Shown here: positions 1 to 15,514 of the stretch, one piece after another
How positions within the stretch are numbered: position 1 is the stretch's first letter
Layout: every line of letters begins with the position of its first letter
Assembly (NCBI RefSeq): GCF_009914755.1
Contig: NC_060931.1
DNA length: 64,000 bases
Origin: the human T2T-CHM13v2.0 reference genome, Homo sapiens
Strand: one strand, 5' to 3'
Program-made: the position numbers and the translations under genes
Notes under the pieces: model-generated
Database searches by the model: none
Told to the model about the DNA's origin: nothing
The model's input: the letters and a program-made list of their open reading frames with translations, nothing else

Positions 1-2119
1 TCCCCACCCCCCGTAATGTCCTCTAAATCCTTCCTGACAGTATATGTTTATTTTTCTTTCCTGAGAATTATTAATTGGTAACCCAACAGTTCAAATATAG
101 TTTTCAGCTGGTTCCAGAAATTCATTTCTTCATCATAGCACTGTGACCTTCCATCATATGACTGGCCACTATCTACTTTGTGGTTGAGTCATTGTTGTTC
201 AACAGCGCTACAAACATGTATTGAACTCCACCCATTTACCAAACACTGCACGTGGATATGAGGGTGGGCCACATCTGGGCCGGGCCCCGGGAGCCAGGTC
301 TTGGGTGACATGGAGACAAATAGACAAATGCACAAATAAACAGCCGCAGTCAGTGGAGCATGTGCAGGGGAGGGTGGGGGACAGGGCACTCGGCAAGGGC
401 ACCTGAGGCTGGCTCATTTTAGCATCAGGTTTCATTTCTAATGTCACCTCTGCCGAGATGTGCTCCCGCCCATCGTATTTGCAATAACCCCCTTGTCCCT
501 GCACTCTGTCACATGGGCACATTTTATTTTTTTCACAGCATTTATCATTATTCAAACGTTTTATTGATTTGTTCACTTGTACATCACGTATCACCCCTAC
601 TGAGTAGACACCCAGTGAGCATTTGCTGAATGATCGGTGGAGTCTCTAAATGAATGAATGAACTACACACTCAGTAGATGTCAAATTAAATCATTATTCT
701 AAATCACAAAGGCAATTTGGGGGGAAAGGTTAAAAATGGCTAATGTGATATATGTAATTACTGTCTCCAACGTATCAGAATTTTTCCATGAAAATATTGA
801 TCAGGGGTCTTCTATGACTACAGAGGAAAGTGGAGTTAAATTAACAAGAAGAAATTTTGAGGCATGGCCCTACATATTAGAAACATACATCTGAGTAAAG
901 ACTTCAGTTCTATAGACTTTGGGAAAAAGTGACCACATTATCCTTTTGGATGGTCGATCCCTTCACCTGCCTGAAGGCAGAAGGCTCAACCAAGTATAGG
1001 AGTCTATGAGGCCAGCAGAGAGTAGCCAGCCAGCCAAACCCCAAGGATGCCTCCAAGACCTGCAATCACATAGAGATACAGGTGTGTAGAACATATTTAT
1101 TTGTAAATGCATATAAATACATGGACATATTTTAATATATTTACATATATGTACATACACCCACAAAAACAGAGAGTATAAATATTGGAGGCAGTTTAGC
1201 CAGTCCCACTGGAGCCACTGGGACCCCTGACAGGTAGCTCTCTCCTCTGTCCCAGTGTTCAGGTGCTCCTGCCATGACACACTCTGGAACATTCTTGCTA
1301 CTAATAAACAGTGAGTTCATTAGCTGGCAAAAGTGCCATGTACATTTGGAGCATTATTGCAGAGTTGGGCCACTGTTCCATGTTTCCGGAGATTTATTCA
1401 CCCAGGAAACATATACAGAGTCTCTATTGTGTGCCAGGCCTAGGCATGCAGAGAACTTGGACTAATGATGGAGACAGACAAGCAAATAACTGGCTGTGGT
1501 GCAGGATTGTACTGCTGAAGTCTGCCCAAGGAGTTAGGGGAGCAATATATATATTGCTTATATATAGAGGGAGGGTTTATATAGATACATATGCCTGGGG
1601 GTCTGGGGAGGCTGCTTGAAGCAGGTTCCATCAGCTAGAATTTGAAGGCTAAATCAGAGCTTCCTGGATGCAGAGTAGGAAGGGAGGGTACAGGAAGTGA
1701 GGGTGGCGCGCCAGGCAGAAGGAACAGCATGTGCAAAGGCAAGGAGAGGAAAACCAGCCCAGGTCACAAAGCATGGAGGCGATGGGGGGCCCGACACGGG
1801 GCTGCAGAAGCATCTTGGGGCTGCATCAGCAGAAACCTTGTGTTTTAAGCCAGGAAGTTTGAACAGGGTCCCGAGAGTTAAGGGGTATCTGAGGAACTGC
1901 CGCAGATCTGCCTTTTAGAAAGACCTGCAGACCTTTGGCTGCTGTGACAAGGCACTGAATGGGAGGAGACCTCAGGCTTTTAGCAATAGTTCTGGCCAAT
2001 GGAGACCAAGTAGAGAAGGTGGAGATGAGAGACAGTAAAAAGGAAGATGCCTCAGGACTTGTGAGACAGAGATGTAACAGAGAGGTAGAGAGGTGGGGAG
2101 GAGTTGCTGAGGATAAGAC

Positions 2120-3190
<1,071 letters not shown>

Positions 3191-3343
3191 GCCTTCAGAT
3201 GGAGCTGTGGGACAGGGCATATAGGAAGGCCAAGTAGGCAGCCCCCGTGTCATAATGGGGTTGTCTTTCCAACTCTTAATGTCATGGTTCCTATCGCAGC
3301 TACTCATTATAATCACCAAGGAAGTTTTTAAAAGGTATCCTGA

Positions 3344-3668
<325 letters not shown>

Positions 3669-3814
3669 TCATTTCAAATGTATTGAACAGGAATCTCACA
3701 GGTGGAACTCAAATGTAAAATTTTCAAAACTCTCATCAAGTAATTGTGGTGGACACCACTGGATAAAATTCTCCACATTATAGGGAGCCTTCTGTTGATT
3801 TTATTGCTGCACTA

Positions 3815-4795
3815 AAATGAAAAGTGTCAAGAGAGTGAGAAGACCAGCCACAGACTGAAGAAACTATTTGCAAAAGACATCATATAAAGGACTTATTCAA
3901 AATACACAAATAACTCTTAAAACTCAACATTGCAAAATCAAAAACCCAATTTAAAAATGGGCAAAAGAGCTGAACAGACACCTCACCAAAGAAGATGTAC
4001 AAATGGCAAATAAGCACATGTAAAGGTGCTCAACATTACATATAATCCAGGAAATGCAAATTAAAACAAGATATCACTGTACACCTATTAGAATGACCAA
4101 AATCTGTAACATCGACGACACCAAATGCTGGTGAGGATATGGAGCAACAGGAACCATCGCTTACCGCTGGTGGGAATGCAAAGTGGTACAGCCACTTTGG
4201 AAGACAGTTTTGTAGTTTTGCACAAAACTAAACACAGTCTTACCAAATGATTCAGCAATCATGCTCCTTGATATTTACCCAGATGAGTTAAAAACTTTTA
4301 TCCATACAAAAACATGCACATAGACGTTTATTCCAGCTTTATCCATAATTATCAAAACTTGGAAGCAACCCAAATGTCCTTCAGTAGGTGAACAGATAAA
4401 TAAACTGATAAATCCAAACAATGGTATATTATTCAGTGCTAAAAAGAAATGAGCTATCAAGCCCTGAAATGATATGGAGGAACCTTAAATGCATATTACC
4501 AAGAGAAAGATGCCAATATGAAAAGGATGATACTCTATGATTTCAGGTATATGACGCTTTGGAAAAGGCAAAACTGTGGAGAGAGTAAAAAGATCAGGGG
4601 TTGCCAGGAGTTAGCAGGGAGGAATAGGGGAATGAATAGTCAGAACTTTCAGCGCAGTGAACCTGTTCTACATGATACCACAATGGTGGACATGTCACTA
4701 TACACATATACATTCGTCCAAACCCATAGAACGCACAACACCAAAAATCAATCCTAATGTAAACTATGGACTTCGGTTGATTAAAAAAAAAAACA
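3815..4795 (+). mobile_element. Old L1 (L1M-type) 3' end
   Basis: ORF2 C-terminal and 3'UTR hallmarks (aaatgggcaaaagagctgaacagacac, gctggtgggaatgcaaagtggtacagccact). Confidence 0.85.
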
Positions 4796-5664
4796 ACTAA
4801 ACTACGGAGATGGACATTTATGGAGGAAGAGGGAAAAAAAGAACACAGTGATTTTTACTCACTTTAATGTGTTAATGACGTATCAAAAGTGTTTGATTAA
4901 AACTGTGCCTTTTGTGCCAGGCATCCAGCAGGTGCTAGCAGTGAGTTAGTAAACAGAATGGGACACCCCCTGTCCCCATGGGGCTTACATTCTGAAAAGC
5001 CTGTTTGGGAAGTGTGGAGAGTGGAAGAGGAAGCCTGAGTGCCTGGGAATCCTGACCTACCTCTGCCTGTAGAGGCTCCCTGTGGCATAAGCCGGAGATG
5101 GCAGTGCACCCAAAGCTGAGAGCCAGGATAAAACCCCAAAGAAGGGCTACTCGGACACCTCATCTTCTCAGACCTCAGTTAGTGCTCACATTTTCACCAC
5201 TCAGCAGCCCCTGCTTTTTCCAGTACTCTGTTAGAGGGCAGATGGGGAAGGGAGGAGGTGTGTTAGGGACCCTCAAGCCTTGCAGAGTCACGGCCCTGGG
5301 AAGGGGCACTCTGGGATGGAGACATCAGACCCCAGGCAGCAAGGGGGAAGGATGTGGTCTGAGGGAATCATATGTTTTCCTGTATCTGCTACTCCATGCC
5401 AGTACAGGGGCAGGGGGCTGCACAGGGGCCACTCCCCGCACCCCCCGCCACCATCAAGGTCTGAGCTCTGCCTATCCTGAGAAACACACAGAGTCTGATC
5501 TTTCAAGTGGTGCCTCAGAGTCAAGGGCAACTTTCTGAGGGCAGAAGGAAGAGAGCAGAACTTCTGTCCTGACTTGACGCCCACTCGGCATGAAGAAAAA
5601 CTGAGAAAAAGAACAACGGTGACCACATGGAAGACAGAGCCTCTACTAAAAGAGAGACTCTTGC

Positions 5665-6410
5665 TACTATCAAAAAACAAAAACAGAAAATAACAAGAGT
5701 TGGTGAGGATGTGGAGAAATTGTGCACTGTTGATGTGAAGATACAATAGTGTGGCCACTGTGGAAAACACCAAGGAAGTTTCTCACAAAATTAAGCATAG
5801 AAATTACCATTTGCTCCAGCAAATCGACTTCTGGGTATATGTCCAAAAGAACCGAAAGCAGGGTCTCAGAGTGATATGTGTATACCCATGTTCATGGCAG
5901 CATTATTCAAATCGCCAAAAAGTGGAAGCAACCAAGTGTCCATTGATGGATAAATGGATAAACCAAATGTGGTCTCTGCATACAATGGGATATTTTTCAG
6001 CCTTACAAAGAGGGTTCTGACACATGCTACAACATGCATGCATCTTGAGGACTTTATGCTAAAGGAAATAGCCCAGACACCAAAAGACAAATACTGTTTG
6101 ATTCCACTTCAGTCAAGTACCTAGTATAGTCCAATTCATAGAGACAGAAAGTAAAATGATGGCTGCCAGGGGTTGGGGGAGGGAGAATGGGGTGTTACTG
6201 TTTAATAGGTGCAGAGTTTCTATTTGGGAAAACGTAAAAAGTTCTGGAGATGGATGGTAGTTGTGATTACACAATATAAATGTTCTTAATGCCACTGAAC
6301 TCTACACTTAAACATGGTTACAATGGTAGTTTATGTTATGTATATGTGTAACATAATGTATATGTATATAATGTATATATACACATATTTTACCTCAACT
6401 TAAAAAACAG
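5665..6410 (+). mobile_element. L1MB-like 3' end
   Basis: gttggtgaggatgtggagaaattg...ctacacttaaacatggtta. Confidence 0.85.
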
Positions 6411-7049
6411 AGTTAGCTTCTTTTAGTAACCAAGAAAAGAGCCCCTCTCAGGCTTGCTCAAGTAGGGAGAGTGGGGGTGGGGGTGGCTACTTTGGGGGAG
6501 ATGGGCCTCTCAGAAATGTACCATCAGGAGCTATGATGAAGCCAGCTCCCCCCAGAAACCAGAAAAGGGGGTGGTTGTGCTGTTGCCTGACTTCTTCCTT
6601 CCACACCACCTGCTGGTCTCCTTCCTTGCTGTTCTCTAGCTCACTCATACTGCCCCCTTTCTTCCCTGGCTTGCCCAGGACCCTTCAAAATACCCCCACA
6701 CCTCCTTAGACATTCTTTCATCTTCAGCCACCTGCTAACTGCCTCCCCTCTGTGGCCTCCAGTTCAAATTTTGAAGGAACCAGACTGATCACTCTATTTT
6801 GGGGGAATAGGCACATTACAAGGGCCTGGCGAACTTGTGGGCTGGCCGCCCTGACCAGACAGCTTTTTGAGGTTGGTGGCAGCCTCCCGGGGTAGCCCGG
6901 TCAGCAGGCCTCTGGCCACCAGCTCTCCTCAGGAGAGGCAGTGGGTGGCAGGGATGGTGGGTTCCTGTGATGGGACTCAGCAGAACATCAGTAACCTAAC
7001 CTGACTCCTCAAGACTGACTGCTTCCATATTTGTCCCAAAGGCAGTGAT

Positions 7050-7690
<641 letters not shown>

Positions 7691-8789
7691 TTTCCTTCCC
7701 TATCCCCATACCCTTTCCATTATTTGTTATTCTGTTGTTCATTTACTCCAGAGATAGTCAACGATACGTGGGGCAAAAGCCAACCTTTTTCATTTTTATA
7801 TTCCTATGTCGCCACATGGTAACACTCAAATGTTTATTAACAAACTAAAAGGAAAAATAAAAAATAGAAAAGCACTGGATTTGGAATGTGAAGACGCAAG
7901 TTGAATCCGTCTGTGTGAGCTTTGAAAAAACATCTAATTGCCCGGAGCCTCCCCCTCAAATTCTGCACAGTGAAATGGGCCCAAATGTATCAGTGATCTA
8001 AGGCATGTTCCACCACACCCTAAAAAGAGGTGAAGGGGTGTCTTTACTGCCAAATGTCTCAATGTCTTTAATATGCTAATGGGCCTTTTCAATGTCCCAG
8101 AGAGATATTAAAGCACAGAACACTTCTCAAGTTCACCTGTCCACAGAATCCTTTAAATAACCCAGAACATCCTTTGGCTGGGAAAGATGAACCTGTTTGA
8201 GATGCCACAACTTCTAAGGGTTGCTTTAGCTTTAAAGAGTCTCAAACTACCTATGAGTCTGTTTGATGCTTCCTGTTCACTTGCCCAGAATAAACTGCTC
8301 TGGAGTTTAGATTTGAGATGACCTTGGCTACTTTTGGTTGCTTCCTGTCAGTATCACACTTGTGGTTGTCTAGGGTTTGTTTCCTTCTGTTTATCCATGA
8401 ACTGCAGGTAGCCAAGTCCACTGAGTCAGGTTCTATGAAATTGCTTCTGCTTATCTCAGGGAATGATATGGTACCTCCTGTTACCAAGAAAGATAAGGCA
8501 CAGTTGCCCTACCACTGATACATGCATGAGTGAGGACATCTGAGGGGACAGGTGCTACCCAGGAAGGTGCCTATGTTGTTTGACTGCCAGATCATCATTG
8601 CACTAATGTAATTAATGGGAGGTGCAATCTAATGTGTAGGTTGGTCGTGGCAAAGTGAAATATCTTTCATGACTTTGATTAATGGCCAGATATTATAACT
8701 GACTGGAGAACAGGGATCAAAGGGAACACTGTCAAATGCAGAAATACAGACGTGGCCAGGGCTGCCAGGGGACCTGAGGTGTGCTCTCC

Positions 8790-9215
8790 TGTCCTGTTAC
8801 CCTAAAGCTCCAATAATGAAGTGCCACAGACTGTATAACAGAAATGGATTCCCTTAGTTCTGGACACTCAAAGTTTGAAATCAAGGTGTTGGCAGGGCTG
8901 TGGTCCCACTGAAGCCTCTAGGAGAGGATGTTTTCTTATCTCTTTTGGCTCTGGTAGTTCTGGCTGTTCCCTGGCTTGTGGCAATGTCACTACAATCTCT
9001 GCCTCCATGTTCACATGGTTGCCTTCTTTCTGTGTGTGTTTACACATTTTCTTCTTATAAGGACACCAGTCATATTGGATCGGGGCCCACCTTAATGATC
9101 TCACCTTAATTTGATTATGTCTGCAAAGACCGTATTTCCAAATAAGGTCACATTCATAGGTCCGGAGCATTAGAACTTCAACATATCCTTTGAGGAACAC
9201 AATTCAGCCCATTAC
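8790..9215 (-). mobile_element. MLT1-type MaLR LTR
   Basis: tcttataaggacaccagtcatattgga...ccaaataaggtcacattc...cacaattcagcccatta. Confidence 0.8.
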
Positions 9216-9604
9216 GCCCCTTATGTCAAGGAAAAGCACATATGGGGGCCAGCTGCCTGCAATATGTTGTGTGTGGCCTTCTGAGCGCTGTCTGTGAACA
9301 GTGGCTATCTAATCTCTCCCTTTGGGACCTATTCGTGGTTTTCAGACAGGACACTCCAGAGTCTAGACACCTTTGGCACGAAGACAGAGTTTAAAGCCAG
9401 GGATGTCAAAGGTATCAGAGGCTTTATTTGCAGATGAAAGAGGATATATTCTGGAGTTACCGTAACACATGGCTTAGGAGCTAGTTGGACTCTGGTTTGA
9501 ATCCTGCCTCCATCACTCAGTAACTGTGTGATGCTGAGAAAAGCTCTTGACCATTCTGAACCTTGGCTTTCTCACAGGTAATGGGAATGACACCAACCCT
9601 ATCC

Positions 9605-9820
9605 CAGTGGTTCTCATCTGAGGGAGATTTTGCCCCCTAGGACATACATGGCAATGCCTTCACACATTTTTGATTGTCATAGCTGAAGAGGTGCTACTGG
9701 AGTCTAGAGGGTAAAAGCCAGGGATGCTGCTAAACATCCCGTAATGCACAGGCCAACCCCCTACAACCAAGAATGATCCGGCCCCAGATGTCTCAATAGT
9801 GCCGAGATTGAGAAACACTG
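9605..9820. mobile_element. MER20 (hAT-Charlie MITE) inside a MIR (~9470-9900)
   Basis: Termini cagtggttctca...tgagaaacactg; 8-bp TSD ccctatcc/ccccatcc. Confidence 0.85.
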
Positions 9821-10699
9821 CCCCATCCTCATGGGGTTGGTAATGAGCTTTGGAAATGAGGCATAAAAGGAGCTCAGCACATGTCTGCCATCAAGTCAGT
9901 CCAATAAATGGTAGTTCTGCACATCGAAAAGCAGGGAGTGTGTGACAATCCTATACAAATATTTGAGCTCACTAGAATCTTCGGAGTATGAAGAAGAACA
10001 AAGGCTGTCATATGTAATGCAATCCCTGCTACTTTATGAATGCCGGGGAAACATAAAGAATGTAAAAATATAATTAAGTAAAACAAACAATGAGGTATAC
10101 AGGAGCGACATAAATATTAGTGGTGTGTTTGTTATGTCACACGCTTGCTACTTTTACTGAGATCACCTCATTTAATCCTTTAACCAACATGATAAAGTAA
10201 GAATTTTTATTCCAATGGGAATAAAAATGTTGCAAAATGTTGCAGGTATAGAAACTGAGGTTCATGAGAGCTTAGTATCTTGCCCCTGGGGTATGTACCT
10301 ATAAGTGGTAGAACTGTTCTATTTGACCTAGAGTCAAATAGACTCTCTGTTGCCCTACCCTGATTCAGATGTAATCACTGGAACTAATGAATTTATTAAT
10401 CATGAATCCAATGGTGTGGATGCCAAGGGACATAGGAAAGGGGATTCTCGGGAGATTAGGAACCTAGTGAAGATTCCTCAGGGATTTCTAAGGGATCTTT
10501 AGCATTCTAAGGCCTCCCCTCTCTTCCTTCCATTTGAGCCTAGAATCTGCTTGATGTTCTCTCTGGTGATCCTGACAGCTTGAGCAGTCTTGCCCTCCAG
10601 AAGCAATGAAAAATCCAACAAGATTATCTCACTTACTTTTCCTTCTCTAGCTGCCCATGACAGGTACCTCATGATAACAGAGCACTAGTACACAACACA

Positions 10700-12410
10700 G
10701 AGGAAAGCATCTAATTTAACCAGAGGTATAACAGCAATAGCACAAAAGCTGAGAATGGAGAACTGGAATATACCCTTGTAAGGTACCTGAATCCACATGA
10801 AGTGGTAGTATCACTTGAAGATAGACAAAATGAAGTCAAAGATGCATGCTATAAACCTAAAATAACCTCTAAAATAATAATACAAAAAGTTACAGCTAAT
10901 AAGCCACAAAGGAGATAAAATGGAATCATAAAAATAATCAGTTCATCCAAGAAGATACACCAATGGCCAGTAAGTGCATGAAAAGATACTTAACATCACT
11001 AGTCATCAGGAAAACGCAACTCCAATCCCCCCAGTGAGATACCACTTCACACCAATCAGGATGGCTATAGGCAAAAAGACAAAAGCCAACAAATGTTGGT
11101 TACAATGTGGAGAAATAGGAAGGCTCATTCACTGCTGGTGGGAATGTAAAATGGGGCAGCCACTTTGGAAGAATCTGGCAGTTCCTCAAACAGTTAAACA
11201 TGGAGTTGCCACATGACCCAGCAATTCCACACTTAGGTATGTGCCCACGAAAGATGAAACATGTATCTACACAAAAAAGTATACATGAATGTTCATAGCA
11301 GCTTTATTCGTAACAACCAAAATGTTAGAAAGACCCAAATGTCCATCAACTGATGAATGGACAAACAAATGCTGTATATCCATATTGTGGGATTAATTCA
11401 CAAAAAGGAATAAAGCACTAATATATACTATAACATGGATAAAAATAGAAAAATATTATGCCAAGTAAAAGAAACTCATATTATATAACTCGATTTATGT
11501 GAAATGTCCTGAATAGGCAAATTTATAGAGACAAAAAATAGATTAATGTTTTAGGGCTAAGGCAGCAGTAGGAAAGGGAGCATTTGGGGGTAGTAGCTAA
11601 AGGGTATGGAGTTTCTTTTAAGGGTGATTAAAATGTTTTATAATTGATTATGATTCCACAATTTATGTATATTCCAACAATCACCGAATTACACACTTTA
11701 AATGGGAAAAGTATACAGTATATAAATTATATCTCAAAAAAGGCTGTTTTCTTTTTGGATAGAAAAAGAAGAAAATGGGACAAATAGAAAACAAACAGCA
11801 AGATGAAATGGAATCATAAAAATAATCAGTTCATCCAAGAAGATACACCAATGGTCAATAAGCACATGAAAAGATGCTTAATATCACTAGTCATCCAGGA
11901 AGGATGAAACATATATCTACACAAAAACTTACACATGAATGTCCATAGCAGCATTATTCATAACAGCCAAAATGAATGAATTCAAACCTAATAATATCAA
12001 TAATCACATTAAATTTAAATGATTTCAATTCAAAGGCAGAGACTGAGCAGTGGGATTTCCTTTAAAAAGCAAGAACCAAGTATGTGCTGCCTACAAGGAA
12101 CCCACTTGAACTAAAAAGACACAAATAGGTTAAAAGTAAAATGATAGAAAAGAATATACCATGCTAACACCATTTTTTTAACAGCTGGAGTGGATATATT
12201 AGCATAAGAAAATATAGATTTCAGAGCAGAGAATATTACCAAGGACAAAGAAGTGCACTGAATAATGATAAAAGGGTCTATTCATCAAGAGGATATAACA
12301 ATCTTAAATATATATGGACCTGATAACAGAGCTTTAAACTACATGAAACAAAATCTGATAGAAATCCAAGGAGAAATAGAAAAATCCCCGATTATATCAG
12401 ATATTTTAAT
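10700..12410 (+). mobile_element. Nested old L1 fragments (L1 3' end at ~10950-11745 inside an L1 ORF2 5' region)
   Basis: L1 3' motifs, plus endonuclease-region text after 11980 (gctgcctacaaggaacccac, ataatgataaaagggtc). Confidence 0.75.
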
Positions 12411-13572
12411 TTAACTGCTTGTTATACAATACCTGAGAAGGACCTTTGGAGGTTGTCTAATCCAGTCCACTCATTTTGCTAGATAAGGAAATGGAGCCCA
12501 GGAAAGTCAAGTGACTTGCCCAAGGTTGTGGAGTTAATTAGTGCCAGAGCCTGGATATTAGCCCAAGGTATGACCAGGTTTCCCCAGCAAGCAGACTCCA
12601 AAATTCAGCCTAAAGTTGTGGTGAGAGACTTGCAATCAGAAGAAGCAGGAGGAGTCCCACTAGGCATCTAGTCATGGTTACCTGTGTTTTAAGAGACTAC
12701 CCATTTAGCCCTTTTTGCAAATATTTTTTAAAGGCTAGGCACTTTTGGAGGTGCTAGGGATATGGCAAAGAAGCCAAAGTTTCTCTCCTCAAGGAACTTA
12801 TATTTTAGTGACAATGACACAGGCAATAACCAAGTATATAAGTGACCAATGCAATTAAGAAAAGTAAAGCAGAGTAGGAGACACAGTGGGCCAGACCTTT
12901 TAGAAATTGTGTCCCCCAATATTTCCCCAAGAAAGGCTAGTCCTGTGAAATGTTTCACAGAAATGGGCAAATAAGCTATCTGTCTGTCCTCTTCTTGAAG
13001 ATTCCCTTGCACATTAGTAAATTAAAGGCCCTGAGAAGTCCTGCAGTGATGAAACTCATTTCAATGTGTTTAATCCAGTGCCTTCCAACCATGGAACAGA
13101 TTTTGAGGAATGTCCATAGTGCCTCCTGGGCTCCCTACAACTTCTTTCATACCTGCTTTGTGGATTAAAGAGCCAATCCTCTAACTTTTTAGGTCTTTAG
13201 CATATTCCTCAAAAAGATTGTAGCTTCCTTCAGAAGGAATTCACAATTGAGGCAATTACACCCATCAAAGAAGCAGCATGATTTTGGGGAAGGAGCCCTT
13301 CCTTGGGTCCCTAGGGAGTGATTCTCAGTAAGGAATCACTTGGCCTTTCTATGCTCAGTTTTCTGGTGAATAAAATGAGGATGCAGACTCATTTAAAATG
13401 AGCTCTCAGACTTTCTGCAGCTCTACAGTTCTGTAATTCTTTGCACTTAAATTTTAAGACGGCAGTTGACCTTGGTCCTTAGAATATCTATGTTCCAGAT
13501 GCTAATCCTGCTGCCGTGGTGTGGAGAACATGCTTTGTCTCATTCATGCTCAGACTTCAGATCAGTTTAAAA

Positions 13573-13746
13573 CATTGGTTCTCCAGTGTGGCTATGCACT
13601 GGAGTCATCTAGAGCTTTAATAAGCACTCACACTTAGATCCCATCCCAAGTTTTTGATGGAATTGGTCTGGGGAAGGGCCTTGGCATTGGAATTTTGACA
13701 AGTGCCCTGGGGCGTTCTTATGAGATGCTAAGGTTAAGAACCGTTG
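13573..13746. mobile_element. MER5A-like DNA transposon remnant
   Basis: cattggttctcc...ggttaagaaccgttg. Confidence 0.65.
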
Positions 13747-15514
13747 CTTGTAAGACACAGTCTTCACATTGCAGTCTTTCTTGTTCACCTTCATGGTGTA
13801 TTGCCCTCTGAGCACCATCTGTACATGAGAATGTGTGACTGTATATGGAACAACACTATCCTTTGCCAGTAATAGAAGGTAGCTTTAAAAAAAAACCAAC
13901 AAAAGGAAAACAATATAATTACATTCTAGCTAAATAATGGTGCTTGCCAAAATTCTGAGCCTGAGGTCAGCATTTTCTCTAGACAGATTAACACATATGT
14001 GAATGTGTTGTGGTCACAGTGGCCTTGAACTGAGAGCTTCCCTTCATGCTTTTAGAGTAACAGAGACACAAATAAGGAGAAATTCATCACAGAGTGGTTC
14101 AACAGTATTTAATGCTGTGTCTGGGGCCTCCTAAGATCCTTTTTCTCACTACCATTAGATCACACTCTCGGGATGCCATACAAGGTCTTCATGACTATTT
14201 CTTAAGGGAGCCATTCCTGGAAGTGAGTCTGGGGTCAGGGACCAGCCTTACCAGGCCTTCAGTCTTCCAATATTTAGAAGAAATAAGGCTAAAAAAGAAC
14301 GCCAATGGCAACATTGAAAAGGAATAGATGCGGAAACCAGAAAAGGCATTGTGAGATTGAGTAGGGCAGGTGTCAACAGCAAAGTCCAGACTGTAGCTGC
14401 TGTCAGGTGAGTGTGAAGGGGAAGCAGAGCAATTGAGGTTTACCTGCTGTTCCTAGGTATGTGAAAGCCTTTCCCTCCACTCCCAAGCTCCAACAACAGT
14501 GCTCAATTCTTCTGGCCTGTGGTGGGGCTGAAGGAGCCTCCTCACCCCACCACCAGAAGTGTAGGTCCAAGGACATTCCCCTGACTTGTCATAAGGTAAG
14601 AATAGTTGCCTCACTTCCTCTCCTGCTTCTGTATTATTTTGTGCTTGGAGAAGGCTTCTGCTTAGGCATCCAGAAACCAAAGTAATGGACTTCACTGAGA
14701 AGAATATTTCATAAACCCTCAAATCCAGTAAACAAAAAAGAATAAATTGTTATGTGAAAAAGTGAAAGTCTGAAACTAATTGGAAATGTCACTTTTTAGA
14801 GGATATGAATAAAGTGAATGGGAGCTTAATTTCCTAAGTGTGATGGTGATAATCATATCATCTTTAAAGATTAATGAATACTATTTTCTGTAATAATAAA
14901 AGTTTTGGAGGTGGAGGGACAACACAGTGCCTCTGATGGTAAATGTTCTCCATTTTGTTACTGTAAATGAAGCTACCTCGTTTTGTTGGGGCTTTGCCAC
15001 AATGATCTCTGGCCAAATGCACCATAAGAAATAAAGTGTTAATTGGAAAGGTATTTAAGGTGTTTGGGAAATGACAAAGGTCTTCATTTGTCAGTCATGA
15101 GATGAAACCCTATATTAGTCAGTAGACTAGGAGCTCTAAAGGAGGTTCCTGGGTCTCCTGGGAAGTTGTGAATGCAGGTGCCTGTTTCTAACTGGTATCA
15201 AGCTCTATTTCAGGAGCTTATGCTAAGCCATTTTATAAAACCAAAACAGATTTAGGTTTGCATGTAAGAATAAGTGGAAACTGTTTTTCCTCAATATCCA
15301 TGTATCTGACCAGAAGAAATAGGTTCCTCCATTTCTGTTAGCAGAAATGCTTGCACAACCCCTCAGCAAATATGCTGAAACACCTAAAAATAGGCAAATG
15401 GAACCTAAATGGGGACATTTTGTTCACAACTCTTTTTAGTTATTTCATTATCATGGAAATGTATTGATTAATTCTGTTTTAAAACTTCATTTTGAAAAAA
15501 AGAAAACCCTGAAA

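Noticed and set aside
14700-15500. AT-rich unique stretch ending in an A-tract, as a possible retrocopied 3'UTR or the 5' part of the MARK2 pseudogene
   Set aside because: No kinase-like translation or parent gene recognised; a BLAST search would be needed.
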